Assembly (NCBI GenBank): GCA_021414225.1 | Contig: JAIOOX010000001.1 | Location: 6,624 to 70,623 of the forward strand | Length of the DNA stretch: 64,000 nucleotides | Source of the DNA: Candidatus Vogelbacteria bacterium | Lineage (GTDB): Bacteria > Patescibacteriota > Minisyncoccia > Phycocordibacterales > XYD1-FULL-46-19 | Direction of reading: 5' to 3' | Shown here: in pieces, positions 1 through 12,774 of the stretch | How positions within the stretch are numbered: position 1 is the first letter of the stretch | Layout of the letters: each line of letters begins with the position of its first letter | The notes under the pieces: generated by a model | Seen by the model: the letters and a program-made list of their open reading frames with translations, nothing else | Told to the model about the DNA's origin: nothing | Database searches by the model: none | Program-made: the position numbers and the translations under genes

Positions 1-61
1 CCGTTTGGTGACTTTTTTAGACACGGTATTATGCCTAAATCTAGCCCAATTTCTAACACAC

Positions 62-856
62 TTATTGTCCGTCTACAAGGTCTAAAAGATTTGCAAAAAG
101 AAGTACCAAAGTCAGAGGGCCAACACCACCTGGTACTGGTGTAAACAAAACAGCTTTGTCAGCGCAGGCCGGGTCGGCATCACCGGCCAGCCGGCCACTG
201 GCTTCGGAAGTTGCGGCGTCGATAATGACCACTCCATCTTTGATCATGTCCAGTTTAATTAGCCCTGGCTGGCCGGCTCCCAAAATCAAAATATCAGCAT
301 GTCTGGTAATCGCTCCGACATCCACCACCTTACTGTCCACCACCGTCACATCATAACCATCACTAGCCAACCATAAAGCGACTGGGCGACCCACTAATTT
401 ACCCTGACCAACCACAACGATCTTTTTGTCAGCTAATTCAATCTGACTAGTTTTCAAAATCTCTTGCACTGCTCGCACTACCGGTGAAGGCACCTTGGCA
501 TCCTCACCCAAACTATCTGGATCTTTAGCCGGTGGAATCAAATTAATTATTTCCTCTCGATTAAGATGGTCGGGTAATGGTAGTTGCACCAACACCCCAT
601 CAATGTCTTGTCGAGCGACTAATTTTTCTATTTCTAATTTTAAGTCAGCTTCTACAATATCAGCCTCGTATTCAAATAGTTGAACATCCACTCCAACATT
701 TTCCCCCACTGCTTTTTTACGATTAATATATTTAACCGATACCGGATCATCTCCAACAATCACCACCGCTAAAGTAACCGGTTTACCTAAACCAGTTACT
801 TTAGCTCGAAGCTCGGCCTCGATTTTTTTACTTAAAGCTTTGCCGTCTAAAATCAT
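62..856 (-). CDS. folD: Bifunctional methylene-THF dehydrogenase/cyclohydrolase (short form)
   Basis: MILDGK start, GVLVQLPLP, VVVGQGKLVGRP, TPVPGGVGPLT motifs. Confidence 0.93.
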   Translation of the reverse strand: MILDGKALSKKIEAELRAKVTGLGKPVTLAVVIVGDDPVSVKYINRKKAVGENVGVDVQLFEYEADIVEADLKLEIEKLVARQDIDGVLVQLPLPDHLNREEIINLIPPAKDPDSLGEDAKVPSPVVRAVQEILKTSQIELADKKIVVVGQGKLVGRPVALWLASDGYDVTVVDSKVVDVGAITRHADILILGAGQPGLIKLDMIKDGVVIIDAATSEASGRLAGDADPACADKAVLFTPVPGGVGPLTLVLLFANLLDLVDGQ

Positions 857-1764
857 AGTAATCCAGCCAACTGTTTTAGTTCATTAATTCCCTCTTCAAT
901 CGACACTTGCGGCTCCCACCCAAGTAGCTCCTTGGCTTTAGAGTTATCGGCTTTTGTGTCTTTTGGCTCAAGTCGTGCAGGTAAAAACTCAACAGGACCA
1001 CCAACCAGTTCCGCAATTCTTTTAACAGACTGGTTGTTACCTGCACCGATATTTACAACCTCCCCCCGACCTATTTTGAGGTTATCTAGGCAAAGTAAAT
1101 TAGCCCTGACAATATCTGTGACGTGGGTAAAATCTCGTGTTTGCTCACCGGACCCACAGATAGTTAGTGGTTCGTTATTTTGTCGTTGTTTTATAAACTT
1201 GGTAATCACCAACGGATAAGATGCTTCAGCACTATCACCTGGACCATAAACATTAAAATATCTTAAACAAACGGTCGGTAAACCATAAATTTCAGTAAAA
1301 GTTTTCGCATATAATTCACCAATATATTTTTGTAAACCATAAGGACTTTTTGGTCTAGCTGGCATGGTTTCCACTAATGGTAAGATGTCTTGATCCCCAT
1401 AAGCAGAAGATGAAGCTGAGTAAACAAAAATCTTTACTCCAGCATCCTTAGCAGACACTAGAAGATTTAGAGTACCTTTAACGTTAGCCTCATTGCTTTC
1501 TATTGGGTGATCTATGGAAAAAGAAACTCTAGGTAAAGCAGCTAGATGAAAAACCGCCTCCACGCCAACTAAAAGAGGTTTAAGACTATCTAGGTCAGTA
1601 ATATCAACCAGGTGGAACGAGACACCATCAGGAATCCTCTCCTTTTTACCAGTCGACAAATTATCAACTACCACCACCTGATGACCATCTTTGAGTAAGG
1701 CTCGAACTAAATGTGCTCCGATGAAACCAGCCCCTCCACTCACTAAAATTTTTTTAGATATCAT
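853..1764 (-). CDS. NAD-dependent nucleotide-sugar epimerase/dehydratase (extended SDR)
   Basis: GGAGFIG, ASSSAYG, YGLQK (YxxxK), LRYFNVYGP, RDFTHV. Confidence 0.92.
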   Translation of the reverse strand: MISKKILVSGGAGFIGAHLVRALLKDGHQVVVVDNLSTGKKERIPDGVSFHLVDITDLDSLKPLLVGVEAVFHLAALPRVSFSIDHPIESNEANVKGTLNLLVSAKDAGVKIFVYSASSSAYGDQDILPLVETMPARPKSPYGLQKYIGELYAKTFTEIYGLPTVCLRYFNVYGPGDSAEASYPLVITKFIKQRQNNEPLTICGSGEQTRDFTHVTDIVRANLLCLDNLKIGRGEVVNIGAGNNQSVKRIAELVGGPVEFLPARLEPKDTKADNSKAKELLGWEPQVSIEEGINELKQLAGLL

Positions 1765-1767
1765 AAT

Positions 1768-3075
1768 TTAAGAACCTTTAGCTGATAATAATAAAGCGAC
1801 TGTTTTTAAACCTATTTTTATATCCAACCAAATACTTCTATGCTTAATATAATACAGGTCGTATGATAATTTGTTGCGTGTCTCGACAACATCTAAACCA
1901 TGATGAGGATGGGCTTCATGATACATTTGAGCCCAACCAGACAAGCCAGGTTTAATGATATGACGAATATTGTAATAAGGAATCTGATTACTATATTTTT
2001 CAACTGGATCGGCAAACTCTGGGCGTGGACCAATCAAAGAAATATCTCCTCTTACAACGTTCCACAACTGAGGCAATTCATCAATCCTGGTCTTTCGTAA
2101 AATCTTACCAACCCTGGTTACTTTGTTTTTGTTCACAGCTCCCCACACTCCACCGTCGTTACTATTAGTCATCGTTCTAAATTTTATCAAATTAATTGGT
2201 TGATTGTTTTTACCAACTCGAGTTTGATATGAAAATAAAGGACCTGGTGTTTCTAGTTTTATTAAAACAAAAACAATTGGATATAAAATCAAAGATAAAA
2301 TCCCAAACACCAAACCAACCATCAAATCGGTTGTTCGTTTAAAAAAATCATAAAATGGTTTTGGTTGATTAGACAAATGTTCCAAGAACCAACGTTCACT
2401 AATGATCGAAACCGGGACTCGACCATAAACTTCTTCATAAATGTCTTCAATATTAGCAAAGCGGACTCCAGAAAAAAGCATTCGATAAAAGTTGGCAAAC
2501 AAAGGGGCACTAGCAGTGTCGTGGGAATTAAAGACAACCATCGACACCTCTTGCGGTAAAGCTCTAGGCTCACCATCCCGAACAGTAATCCCATACTTAC
2601 TATTCTTCGCAAAAGTCTGTCTTAACTCTTCAACTTCTGGGCCACCACAGGCAAACAAAATTGATTCTTGAGCTGGTCGAATAACAAAACCAACCCCTAA
2701 TCGACGCCACACCAACAAAATTAAACAAGAAACAACTAAAAATATGAATAGATTAGTTTTAGGAGTAATCCCAAAATAAGGAATCAGATAAAAGAATAGT
2801 AGTGCAATGATTATGTTGACCACCTGGGCATTGAGAATAGCACTAGTCAATTTTCTTTCCAAAAATAGAGTTCTAGACCCGTAAAGATCGTACATAAAAA
2901 AGACCAGACTCCAGAGAATAAAAATAATAGCAAATGGAGCTAGGTGATCAAAAAAAAGTTGAGTGCTTGGCCAGCCTAGATAACGAATAATAAGCGTCAA
3001 CCATAAGGCTATCGCTAGGGCAAGCAAGTCACCCAAGAACAAAAAAACTGTTTGAGTGGTAGTCCCAAAACGCAT
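1768..3075 (-). CDS. Polyprenyl-phosphate glycosylphosphotransferase (initiating sugar transferase)
   Basis: N-terminal TM helices; KFRTM, RIDELPQLWNV, GPRPE, KPGLSGWAQ, DLYYI. Confidence 0.92.
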   Translation of the reverse strand: MRFGTTTQTVFLFLGDLLALAIALWLTLIIRYLGWPSTQLFFDHLAPFAIIFILWSLVFFMYDLYGSRTLFLERKLTSAILNAQVVNIIIALLFFYLIPYFGITPKTNLFIFLVVSCLILLVWRRLGVGFVIRPAQESILFACGGPEVEELRQTFAKNSKYGITVRDGEPRALPQEVSMVVFNSHDTASAPLFANFYRMLFSGVRFANIEDIYEEVYGRVPVSIISERWFLEHLSNQPKPFYDFFKRTTDLMVGLVFGILSLILYPIVFVLIKLETPGPLFSYQTRVGKNNQPINLIKFRTMTNSNDGGVWGAVNKNKVTRVGKILRKTRIDELPQLWNVVRGDISLIGPRPEFADPVEKYSNQIPYYNIRHIIKPGLSGWAQMYHEAHPHHGLDVVETRNKLSYDLYYIKHRSIWLDIKIGLKTVALLLSAKGS

Positions 3076-3135
3076 AAGTAGCCGAATAATACAACAAAAT
3101 AACCTTTTATGCTACCCTAGATACTAAGTACTATT

Positions 3136-4272
3136 ATGACTAAAAAAGTTCTATATTTAATCACTAAAAGTAACTGGGGTGGAGCCCAAAAGTATGTTTT
3201 TGACCTGGCCACCAACCTACCTAAAGACCAGTTTGAGACAGCTGTGACTAGCGGTGGCACCGGAGCCAAAGGAGCTGAGGTTGGTCAACTGGCCAATAAA
3301 CTAGCCGAGGTCAGCCTCCCTTTCTACCCGATCAAATCGTTCACTCGTGATATTTTTTTATTTAACGAACTAAAAGCTTTTTGGGAAGTGGGTTTGATTA
3401 TTAAAAAATATAGGCCAGACATTCTTCATGTTAATAGTTCTAAAGCGGCTGGTGTCGGTGGTTTCGTCGGGCGACTAATTGGTGTTAAAAAAATTATTTA
3501 TACCGTTCACGGTTGGCCTTTTAACGAACAGCGAAATTTTATCAGCAAATTCCTGATCTACTTTTTTTCGTGGCTAACCTGTTTTCTAGTTCATGAAGTA
3601 ATTGTGATCAACGAAAAAGATTTTGCGCAAGGCAAGAAAATGTTTCTAGTGGGTAAAAAAATGCATCTAATTTACAATGGTCTCGCTCCTATTTCTTTCC
3701 TGTCCCAATCAGAAGCTCGTAAAAAGTTAAGAGAAATAACTATCCACAATTTTTCTGATTCAGATTTAATTGTAGGTTCAATCGCTGAACTCCACCCCAA
3801 CAAAGGATTAAACTATTTGATTGAGGGAGTAGCGCAGGCACCAGAATGGAAATTAATAATAATTGGCGGTGGTCAAGAAAAAACCAATCTTGAAAAATTA
3901 ATCCAGAAACTCAATGCAACTGATCGAGTATTTCTAGCTGGCTTTGTCACCAACACTTCCACCCTACTCAAAGCTTTTGACGCTTCCGCTCTTGTCTCTC
4001 TCAAAGAAGGTCATCCTTACGCTGTGCTGGAATCGGGCCTCGCCTCACTCCCTGTTATTGGTTCAGACATTCCTGGCATTCGAGCGATTATTGACTCACC
4101 AGACAAAGGCATGTTAGTTCCCCCAGCCAACCCCCAGGCTATTACTGAAGCCCTAAATAAATTAGCCAACGACCCTACCATTCGACAGACTCAAGGCGAG
4201 AATCTCCAAAATAAAGTCCAATCAGACTTTAATATCGAAAAGATGATAAATAGCACCACTCAGTTATATTAG
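3136..4272 (+). CDS. GT4 family glycosyltransferase
   Basis: GGAQ N-terminal motif, KGLNYLI, EGHPYAVLE (EX7E), PVIGSDIPG. Confidence 0.9.
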   Translation: MTKKVLYLITKSNWGGAQKYVFDLATNLPKDQFETAVTSGGTGAKGAEVGQLANKLAEVSLPFYPIKSFTRDIFLFNELKAFWEVGLIIKKYRPDILHVNSSKAAGVGGFVGRLIGVKKIIYTVHGWPFNEQRNFISKFLIYFFSWLTCFLVHEVIVINEKDFAQGKKMFLVGKKMHLIYNGLAPISFLSQSEARKKLREITIHNFSDSDLIVGSIAELHPNKGLNYLIEGVAQAPEWKLIIIGGGQEKTNLEKLIQKLNATDRVFLAGFVTNTSTLLKAFDASALVSLKEGHPYAVLESGLASLPVIGSDIPGIRAIIDSPDKGMLVPPANPQAITEALNKLANDPTIRQTQGENLQNKVQSDFNIEKMINSTTQLY

Positions 4273-4277
4273 GAGAT

Positions 4278-4988
4278 CTATATCTTTTTTATCGAAGCAA
4301 CCACAGCCAAGTGATCACTCACTCCATCTACTAATTTAATGTCCACCACTTCGTAGTGAGGAGTAGTAAATAAAGCATCAACCATATAAGGTAAGTAACC
4401 AGCTCTGTGCAGATTTTCATCTAAACTAGTTACCACCTCTTTTGGAATATTATCTTTGTACATCGTCGCCCAGTTATCAAATATATCTGTTCCACGGGGA
4501 CAGTTAGTATCACCAGTAAAAATAAGTTCGGGCATAGAATTTAACATTTTAGTTAAATCAACTTGAAGTTCTTTTTGAAAATCAGACACCTCATTCCCAA
4601 CATGATTTTTGGGGAAATGGGTCGTGGTAACGGTAAAAACATCATCACCACTGACCACATCAACTCGCACTAAAGCAAAAACAGACCAGTAGACATCGAG
4701 GGGATGCATTTTACTACCAGGCAAATGATCCACTCCTCGCCAGTAGTAATCCGCCTTCGAAGTGATAATTGACAACTGACTCAAAACACCAGCACCCAAT
4801 ATTCCCTCTGAATTTGTAAGCATTGGGGCAAATAAACCAGTCATACCCAACTCTGCCTTAAAGAGATTAAAAGAAACTTCGCTAACCTCTTGTAGACACA
4901 AAACGTCTGGTTTTTCTGTCTTTAAGAAAGGGGTGATTTTATCAATATGCCTATCCCCTTCGACATTTAGTTGTATTAGTTTGATCAT
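4278..4988 (-). CDS. Endonuclease/exonuclease/phosphatase family protein
   Basis: QLNV, DVLCLQEV, GDTN, VD and terminal SDH motifs. Confidence 0.85.
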   Translation of the reverse strand: MIKLIQLNVEGDRHIDKITPFLKTEKPDVLCLQEVSEVSFNLFKAELGMTGLFAPMLTNSEGILGAGVLSQLSIITSKADYYWRGVDHLPGSKMHPLDVYWSVFALVRVDVVSGDDVFTVTTTHFPKNHVGNEVSDFQKELQVDLTKMLNSMPELIFTGDTNCPRGTDIFDNWATMYKDNIPKEVVTSLDENLHRAGYLPYMVDALFTTPHYEVVDIKLVDGVSDHLAVVASIKKI

Positions 4989-5005
4989 AAAAAAATATTA
5001 TATCT

Positions 5006-5389
5006 TTAAATCAAAATTTTTGAAATATCCTCTCTAGAGATTTTACGAACCTTAACTCCTTCCATATTTAAAATATAAGATTTCATTAATCGATGAAGTC
5101 CATCCAAGATAAGCCATCGACCTTTATTTTCCATAATATCGATCGGGTGAATTAAATCAGCTTTCATGGTTCTTTCATACTCTTTTTCATGAGCTTTCGG
5201 ACTATCAATCACCTCTTGGGGTTTGAGATTATAAACCCCATCCTCCCACAAAAATGGAACATCAAAATGCCAAGTTAATTCTTTTATGTCCATTTCCTCT
5301 ACTGGTACATCAAGAGCCCAAACCTTTTCTTCACTCCAATTAAAATCAAACCCGACGTCTTTAATAATTTGTGGAATATCTTTTTCCAT
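5006..5389 (-). CDS. Small ParB/Srx-like fold protein
   Basis: PIDIM...LILDGLHRL resembles the ParB N-terminal DGxHR motif; no HTH region. Confidence 0.55.
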   Translation of the reverse strand: MEKDIPQIIKDVGFDFNWSEEKVWALDVPVEEMDIKELTWHFDVPFLWEDGVYNLKPQEVIDSPKAHEKEYERTMKADLIHPIDIMENKGRWLILDGLHRLMKSYILNMEGVKVRKISREDISKILI

Positions 5390-5396
5390 AATTTAA

Positions 5397-6536
5397 TTAA
5401 CGTGGTCCCACAAACTCATTATGAATATCTCCTCGATGGTAAGCCAGGCGATAGCGTCGCATACCCATCAGAATTCCAAGACCAGCAAAAATAGTCAGCA
5501 TGTGAGACCCACCATAACTCATAAACGAAATCGGCAGACCAGTGACTGGTAAAACTCCAATATTCATACCAACATGAATCACAAAGTGACTCATTAAAAT
5601 AATAGACAGCCCTATAGCAAACAACGTTTCAAAATTGGTCGCCCCCACCAGGCCGGCCCCTAAAATCCTCCAAATAACCGTTCCAAATAAACAGAAAACA
5701 ATCATCACTCCAACAAACCCCCACTCTTCAGCAAAAGCGGCAAACACGAAGTCTGTCTGAAATTCCGGCAAAAATTTTAGTCGGGACTGACTACCAAACC
5801 CTACCCCCTTCCCTAACACCTGACCCGAACCAACCGCAACCGTGGACTGAAAAGCGTTATAACCCGCCCCCTGAATATCCGACAATGGATTAACGAAAGT
5901 TTTGATTCTGTTTTTTTGATAATCAGCTAAAACAAATCCCCATAACATCACAAAAGAGATCACCCCTAAACCAAAAACTACGGCTAAATGTTTTTTAGAA
6001 ATACCGGCCACCATGGTCATCCCCAACCAAATAAAAAATATGATAACAGCCGAACCAAAGTCTGGTTGGATAAAAATTAGTACGAATGGAATAAAAGCAT
6101 ACAAACCAGAAACTAAAATATGACGGATATGAGCAATCTCTACATGACGCCTAGTAAAATACTTGGCCAACATAATCACTAAAATCAACTTCATAAATTC
6201 CGCTGGTTGGAGTGATACCCCACCAACAGAAAACCAGCTGTACGCTGAACGGGTGGCCTGACCAAAAAGAAACACCACCAACAAAGCCAAGCAGCCCGCC
6301 AGATACAAGCTAGCCACCACTTCTGTTCGACGTAAAATCCGCCAATCGACAAAACTGAAGAATAAAAACGTGGACAAACTAGCCGTAATCCAGATCAACT
6401 GCCTCGTGAAATAGTAACTATCACTAGTAAATGAATTCATAGTAATCAAACCAGCTCCCAATAAAGGCAAGATAGCTACCACTAAAACCCAATCAATCGA
6501 CACGCCCCCAAAGCGTCGTAAAATAGTCTCCAACAT
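5397..6536 (-). CDS. rodA: SEDS family peptidoglycan polymerase RodA
   Basis: QPAEFMK, QPDFGSA, GSGQVLGKG, LPEFQTDFVF, GLPISFMSYGGS. Confidence 0.92.
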   Translation of the reverse strand: MLETILRRFGGVSIDWVLVVAILPLLGAGLITMNSFTSDSYYFTRQLIWITASLSTFLFFSFVDWRILRRTEVVASLYLAGCLALLVVFLFGQATRSAYSWFSVGGVSLQPAEFMKLILVIMLAKYFTRRHVEIAHIRHILVSGLYAFIPFVLIFIQPDFGSAVIIFFIWLGMTMVAGISKKHLAVVFGLGVISFVMLWGFVLADYQKNRIKTFVNPLSDIQGAGYNAFQSTVAVGSGQVLGKGVGFGSQSRLKFLPEFQTDFVFAAFAEEWGFVGVMIVFCLFGTVIWRILGAGLVGATNFETLFAIGLSIILMSHFVIHVGMNIGVLPVTGLPISFMSYGGSHMLTIFAGLGILMGMRRYRLAYHRGDIHNEFVGPR

Positions 6537-6544
6537 GATCAGTA

Positions 6545-7318
6545 TTATTGGCGCTTAATTCTAAAAGTATTGGCTCGAGGATAGAAATCAACGTATTCTG
6601 GAGTTTTGGTCAAAGCTTGAGGCCAAGTAAAATACACATCTTTAGTTTGGCCACGACCCAAATCTTGGATCAAAGTCGCACTCCCAGTAAAAGCGTTTTG
6701 TTGACCATCAGACACAACCACCGGCACGACAATATTTTCCAAATCGTAATTTGATTCATTCGTCACCAAAGCATGAAGCTTCGGTGTTTCATCTGCAAAA
6801 TTAAATTCTTTTCTAGTCACAGATAAAACTGGTTTAGCAATCTCTGGTTTATCCCAACCAGTATCACTCGTAAAATCAATAAAGGCCCGTAAAGCAATCT
6901 GGTTGTCAGTATTAATATTCGGTTCAAAAATAACAAACTTTTCTTGAGGATTAACGAACACCTCTCCCTTCCTGGTCGCCACCGTTGCGCCGAGGTCATT
7001 TGTTAATTTAATGGTGTAAAAAAGACGATCCACTCCCAAGGATCGATTTTGATTCTCAAACAAACCCATCACACTATAAGTACCAGCCACAATCGAAAAT
7101 GGCCTAATCCATAAAGTTTGAGTTGGAATAACTTCACTGCGACAAACCTTAGCACAAGGACCTCCACAATCTATTCCAACCTCTTCTTGATTTTGCCGAC
7201 CATCAGAACAAGTTGGTAGCGGTTTGGTATACCAATAACCAAAACCAGTCACTGCGACTATAAAAATAATCACTCCCAATAAATAAGCTAGTTGTCGGCG
7301 TCGGTTCCAAGATAACAT
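6545..7318 (-). CDS. Hypothetical membrane-anchored protein with Cys-rich motif
   Basis: Start moved to ATG at 7318 because the track extension runs into the 5S rRNA; TM helix then CSDGRQNQEEVGIDCGGPC; TGGTACCAT -10 lies 7 nt upstream. Confidence 0.75.
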   Translation of the reverse strand: MLSWNRRRQLAYLLGVIIFIVAVTGFGYWYTKPLPTCSDGRQNQEEVGIDCGGPCAKVCRSEVIPTQTLWIRPFSIVAGTYSVMGLFENQNRSLGVDRLFYTIKLTNDLGATVATRKGEVFVNPQEKFVIFEPNINTDNQIALRAFIDFTSDTGWDKPEIAKPVLSVTRKEFNFADETPKLHALVTNESNYDLENIVVPVVVSDGQQNAFTGSATLIQDLGRGQTKDVYFTWPQALTKTPEYVDFYPRANTFRIKRQ

Positions 7319-7333
7319 TAGGTCTATGGTACC

Positions 7334-7370
7334 AAAAATCCCACCCTCTGGCGAGGATGGGATTTTTGAT
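7334..7370 (-). terminator. Intrinsic terminator after 5S rRNA
   Basis: AAAAATCCCACCCTC-TGGC-GAGGATGGGATTTTT hairpin with A/T tails. Confidence 0.75.
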
Positions 7371-7388
7371 TTTAAGTTTTTGAATACT

Positions 7389-7502
7389 CTGTTCCGGCGA
7401 CAAGCTACTCTCCCGCATAGCAGTACCATCGCCGCTACGGTGCTTAACTTCTCTGTTCGGAATGGTAAGAGGTGTGACCACCGCGCCAAATCGCCGAAAC
7501 AG
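7389..7502 (-). rRNA. rrf: 5S rRNA
   Basis: Minus strand reads CACACCTCTTACCATTCCGAACAGAGAAGTTAAGC...GATGGTACT...GGGAGAGTAG; complementary ends; boundaries approximate. Confidence 0.93.
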
Positions 7503-7562
7503 AACATTCAAACGCTTTTGAAAACTGTGATGGAAAGCCAACATAAATGTTGGCGAAAAAAT

Positions 7563-7639
7563 TGGAGCGGATGGTATGGGACTCGAACCCACGTCTCCTT
7601 ATTGGCAATAAGGCACTCTACCAACTGAGCTAACCCCGC
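7563..7639 (-). tRNA. tRNA-Gly(GCC) with 2-nt acceptor-stem bulge, CCA encoded
   Basis: GCGGGGT TA GCTC AGTTGGTA GAGT G CCTTA TTGCCAA TAAGG AGAC GTGGG TTCGAGT CCCAT ACCATCCGC T CCA. Confidence 0.9.
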
Positions 7640-7782
7640 CCGAAAAATTTTAGGGATATCCCATCACAATTTTCAAACTTTAGGTAAAACACTAAATTAA
7701 ATTGACTACTCCGACAAATTAACTTGTCGGAGCGATTTGTAAAAATTTTAATTTTTACAAATCGCATGATTTTTAAATTTCC

Positions 7783-10820
<3,038 letters not shown>

Positions 10821-10958
10821 GGAAATTTAAAAACCATGTTTACAATTTTAGCCCTGTAACAATTTTATTTGTTACAAGTTTTGATTTAATGCTTACCTAT
10901 CCGCCTCCAGTATGGCAAAGACCCCAATTAAATTGGATAGCCATAAAGTGACGGGATT

Positions 10959-10973
10959 CAGTTATCAATGTTC
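10959..10973 (-). promoter_or_regulatory. boxA-like antitermination element in 23S leader
   Basis: GAACATTGATAACTG on the minus strand between promoter and 23S processing stem. Confidence 0.55.
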
Positions 10974-11094
10974 CGATTCTTGGCTGAAAAAATTAAACCG
11001 CCTGTCAGGCGGATTTTAGGCACCTATGCAAAAAGCAAGAGTCCTTTAACCCGCGTGTTTTTGGTTTAATTTGATAATCATACTGACGCTCGTT

Positions 11095-11123
11095 AGTATA
11101 TACCCCACAGCAAAACCCGTCAA
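11095..11123 (-). promoter_or_regulatory. Sigma70 promoter for the 23S-tRNA-5S unit
   Basis: TTGACG-N17-TATACT. Confidence 0.8.
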
Positions 11124-11174
11124 GCCAATACTGGCCAGACGGGTTTTGTCTTTAAAACAAGGGCTAAAATAGCT

Positions 11175-11861
11175 CTATTTTTTAGAAATATCGTTACGAA
11201 GCTTGTCTATATAACGAGCGGCTGCATCCTTTCCACCCAAACCGAAAGATAGACCGCCGGCGATCGCCAACATGGCCACCAAACCAGTAAATAGGGTCTG
11301 AGCAAAAATAGCGCCAATATCCAATTGATTGAAAGCAGCTAAGATAGCAAAGATCCAAATAGACCAACGAGTAATACCGCCCAACAAATCAGCATAATCA
11401 GTGCCAGCCGCTTTAGCAGAAGCCACTACCGCTTTTTGTAAAGCGTCCGCAATGATAGCCGCCAACAACAAAATCAGAGCGGCGGCGATAACATTAGGAA
11501 TATAACCCAATATTACCTGATACAAGAAAACGTTAATCTGAGACAACTTGAGAACATCAAGAGCTGCCACTAAAAAGATAATTATTACAAATACTTTCAC
11601 CAAGCCTCCGATAAAAGCACCGGAGTCTAGACGGTAGCCAGCTCGGCCGACGATCTCATCAACCCCAACACTAGCCAAAGCTCGGTCAATCTTGAGACTA
11701 CGTAATACTTGAGCCACCCATCGGCCAACCACCACTGCCACCACCCAACCGACTACAAAAACAATAATGGAAACAAGAATGTTTGGCACGTACGCAACAA
11801 TCTCGGCCCAGACATTTTGGAATGAAGCAACGAGCACTTCACTCCAGGTTTGAAGAATCAT
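11175..11861 (-). CDS. MscS-like/CmpX-type TM-helix membrane protein
   Basis: Repeated YVPN/YIPN TM units; LSFGLGGKD motif. Confidence 0.8.
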   Translation of the reverse strand: MILQTWSEVLVASFQNVWAEIVAYVPNILVSIIVFVVGWVVAVVVGRWVAQVLRSLKIDRALASVGVDEIVGRAGYRLDSGAFIGGLVKVFVIIIFLVAALDVLKLSQINVFLYQVILGYIPNVIAAALILLLAAIIADALQKAVVASAKAAGTDYADLLGGITRWSIWIFAILAAFNQLDIGAIFAQTLFTGLVAMLAIAGGLSFGLGGKDAAARYIDKLRNDISKK

Positions 11862-11990
11862 AATATTCTAAAATAAAACTGTTATTGATAAAACGACCTA
11901 AAACTAATAATAAGTTACACCTACAATTATACCACGATTAGACCTTTTGCGGGGGGTAATGTGGATAATAATTAGCACAACTTAATCTCA

Positions 11991-12593
11991 TTAAAAAGGC
12001 ATTTTATCTATGATTCGTTCGTGTGGATAGTCAAAAATATCTCGAATGAATTTATCGCTAGAGTTGGCTCGATATTTAAAATCATCGGTTTCCATAATTG
12101 AATAAACAAGTTCCCTACCCACCTCAGCCTCAATCCCCCGAATAATATTCTCAATCACATTTCGTTTTAGTTGGTCGCCGATAATAACCAAATCAACTCG
12201 ACTATCAGTGTTTTCCACAAAAATACCAGACACAATCAACAGTTTGATTTTGCCACAGTTTTTAAATCGTCTAACCAACTCATTTTTTCGGCGAATAAAA
12301 TCAGCATTCAATAGTTTTTTAATTTGAGAGGCCAAAGGAAAACCTTGGGTCAATTCCAAGCCAACCCTAGATCTTGAACCATTCTTTTGTTTCGCTGGTA
12401 AAGTTTTTTCCTTGATTACTCCAGCCGCGATTAGAGTATTAATTTCTTTAGCTAAACGTTCGGCTGGGATCTTGGCTCGACTAGCAATACTGGCTCGGTC
12501 AAAAATAGTCTCGGGATTAAATAAAAACAATCTCAACAGCTTCACCCGATGAGGACCACCAAAAAGCTTGCCTAATATATCAATCGTATTCAT
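11991..12593 (-). CDS. Winged-HTH plus nucleotidyltransferase-like domain protein
   Basis: LFGGPHRVKLLRLFL HTH region; LIVSGIF...SRVDLVIIGD resembles a minimal NTase. Confidence 0.6.
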   Translation of the reverse strand: MNTIDILGKLFGGPHRVKLLRLFLFNPETIFDRASIASRAKIPAERLAKEINTLIAAGVIKEKTLPAKQKNGSRSRVGLELTQGFPLASQIKKLLNADFIRRKNELVRRFKNCGKIKLLIVSGIFVENTDSRVDLVIIGDQLKRNVIENIIRGIEAEVGRELVYSIMETDDFKYRANSSDKFIRDIFDYPHERIIDKMPF

Positions 12594-12604
12594 GGCCGGT
12601 AGTA

Positions 12605-12753
12605 TAACAAACCCCGCTCTCGGTCACAACCGAGAGCGGGGTTTGTTAAACCGGTCATTTTATATATCAGTTATTATCAATACAACCCCTCGAGACTAAA
12701 GTCTCGAGGGGTTGTATTTAGCTCTTATCCCGCTTCCCTTTGGGAAGCGGGAT
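12605..12753. repeat. Three tandem perfect inverted repeats downstream of rplL
   Basis: Stems 12605-12648 (20 bp), 12679-12718 (18-19 bp), 12727-12753 (12 bp). Confidence 0.9.
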
Positions 12754-12774
12754 CTCGCTTAAATAAATTACTAT

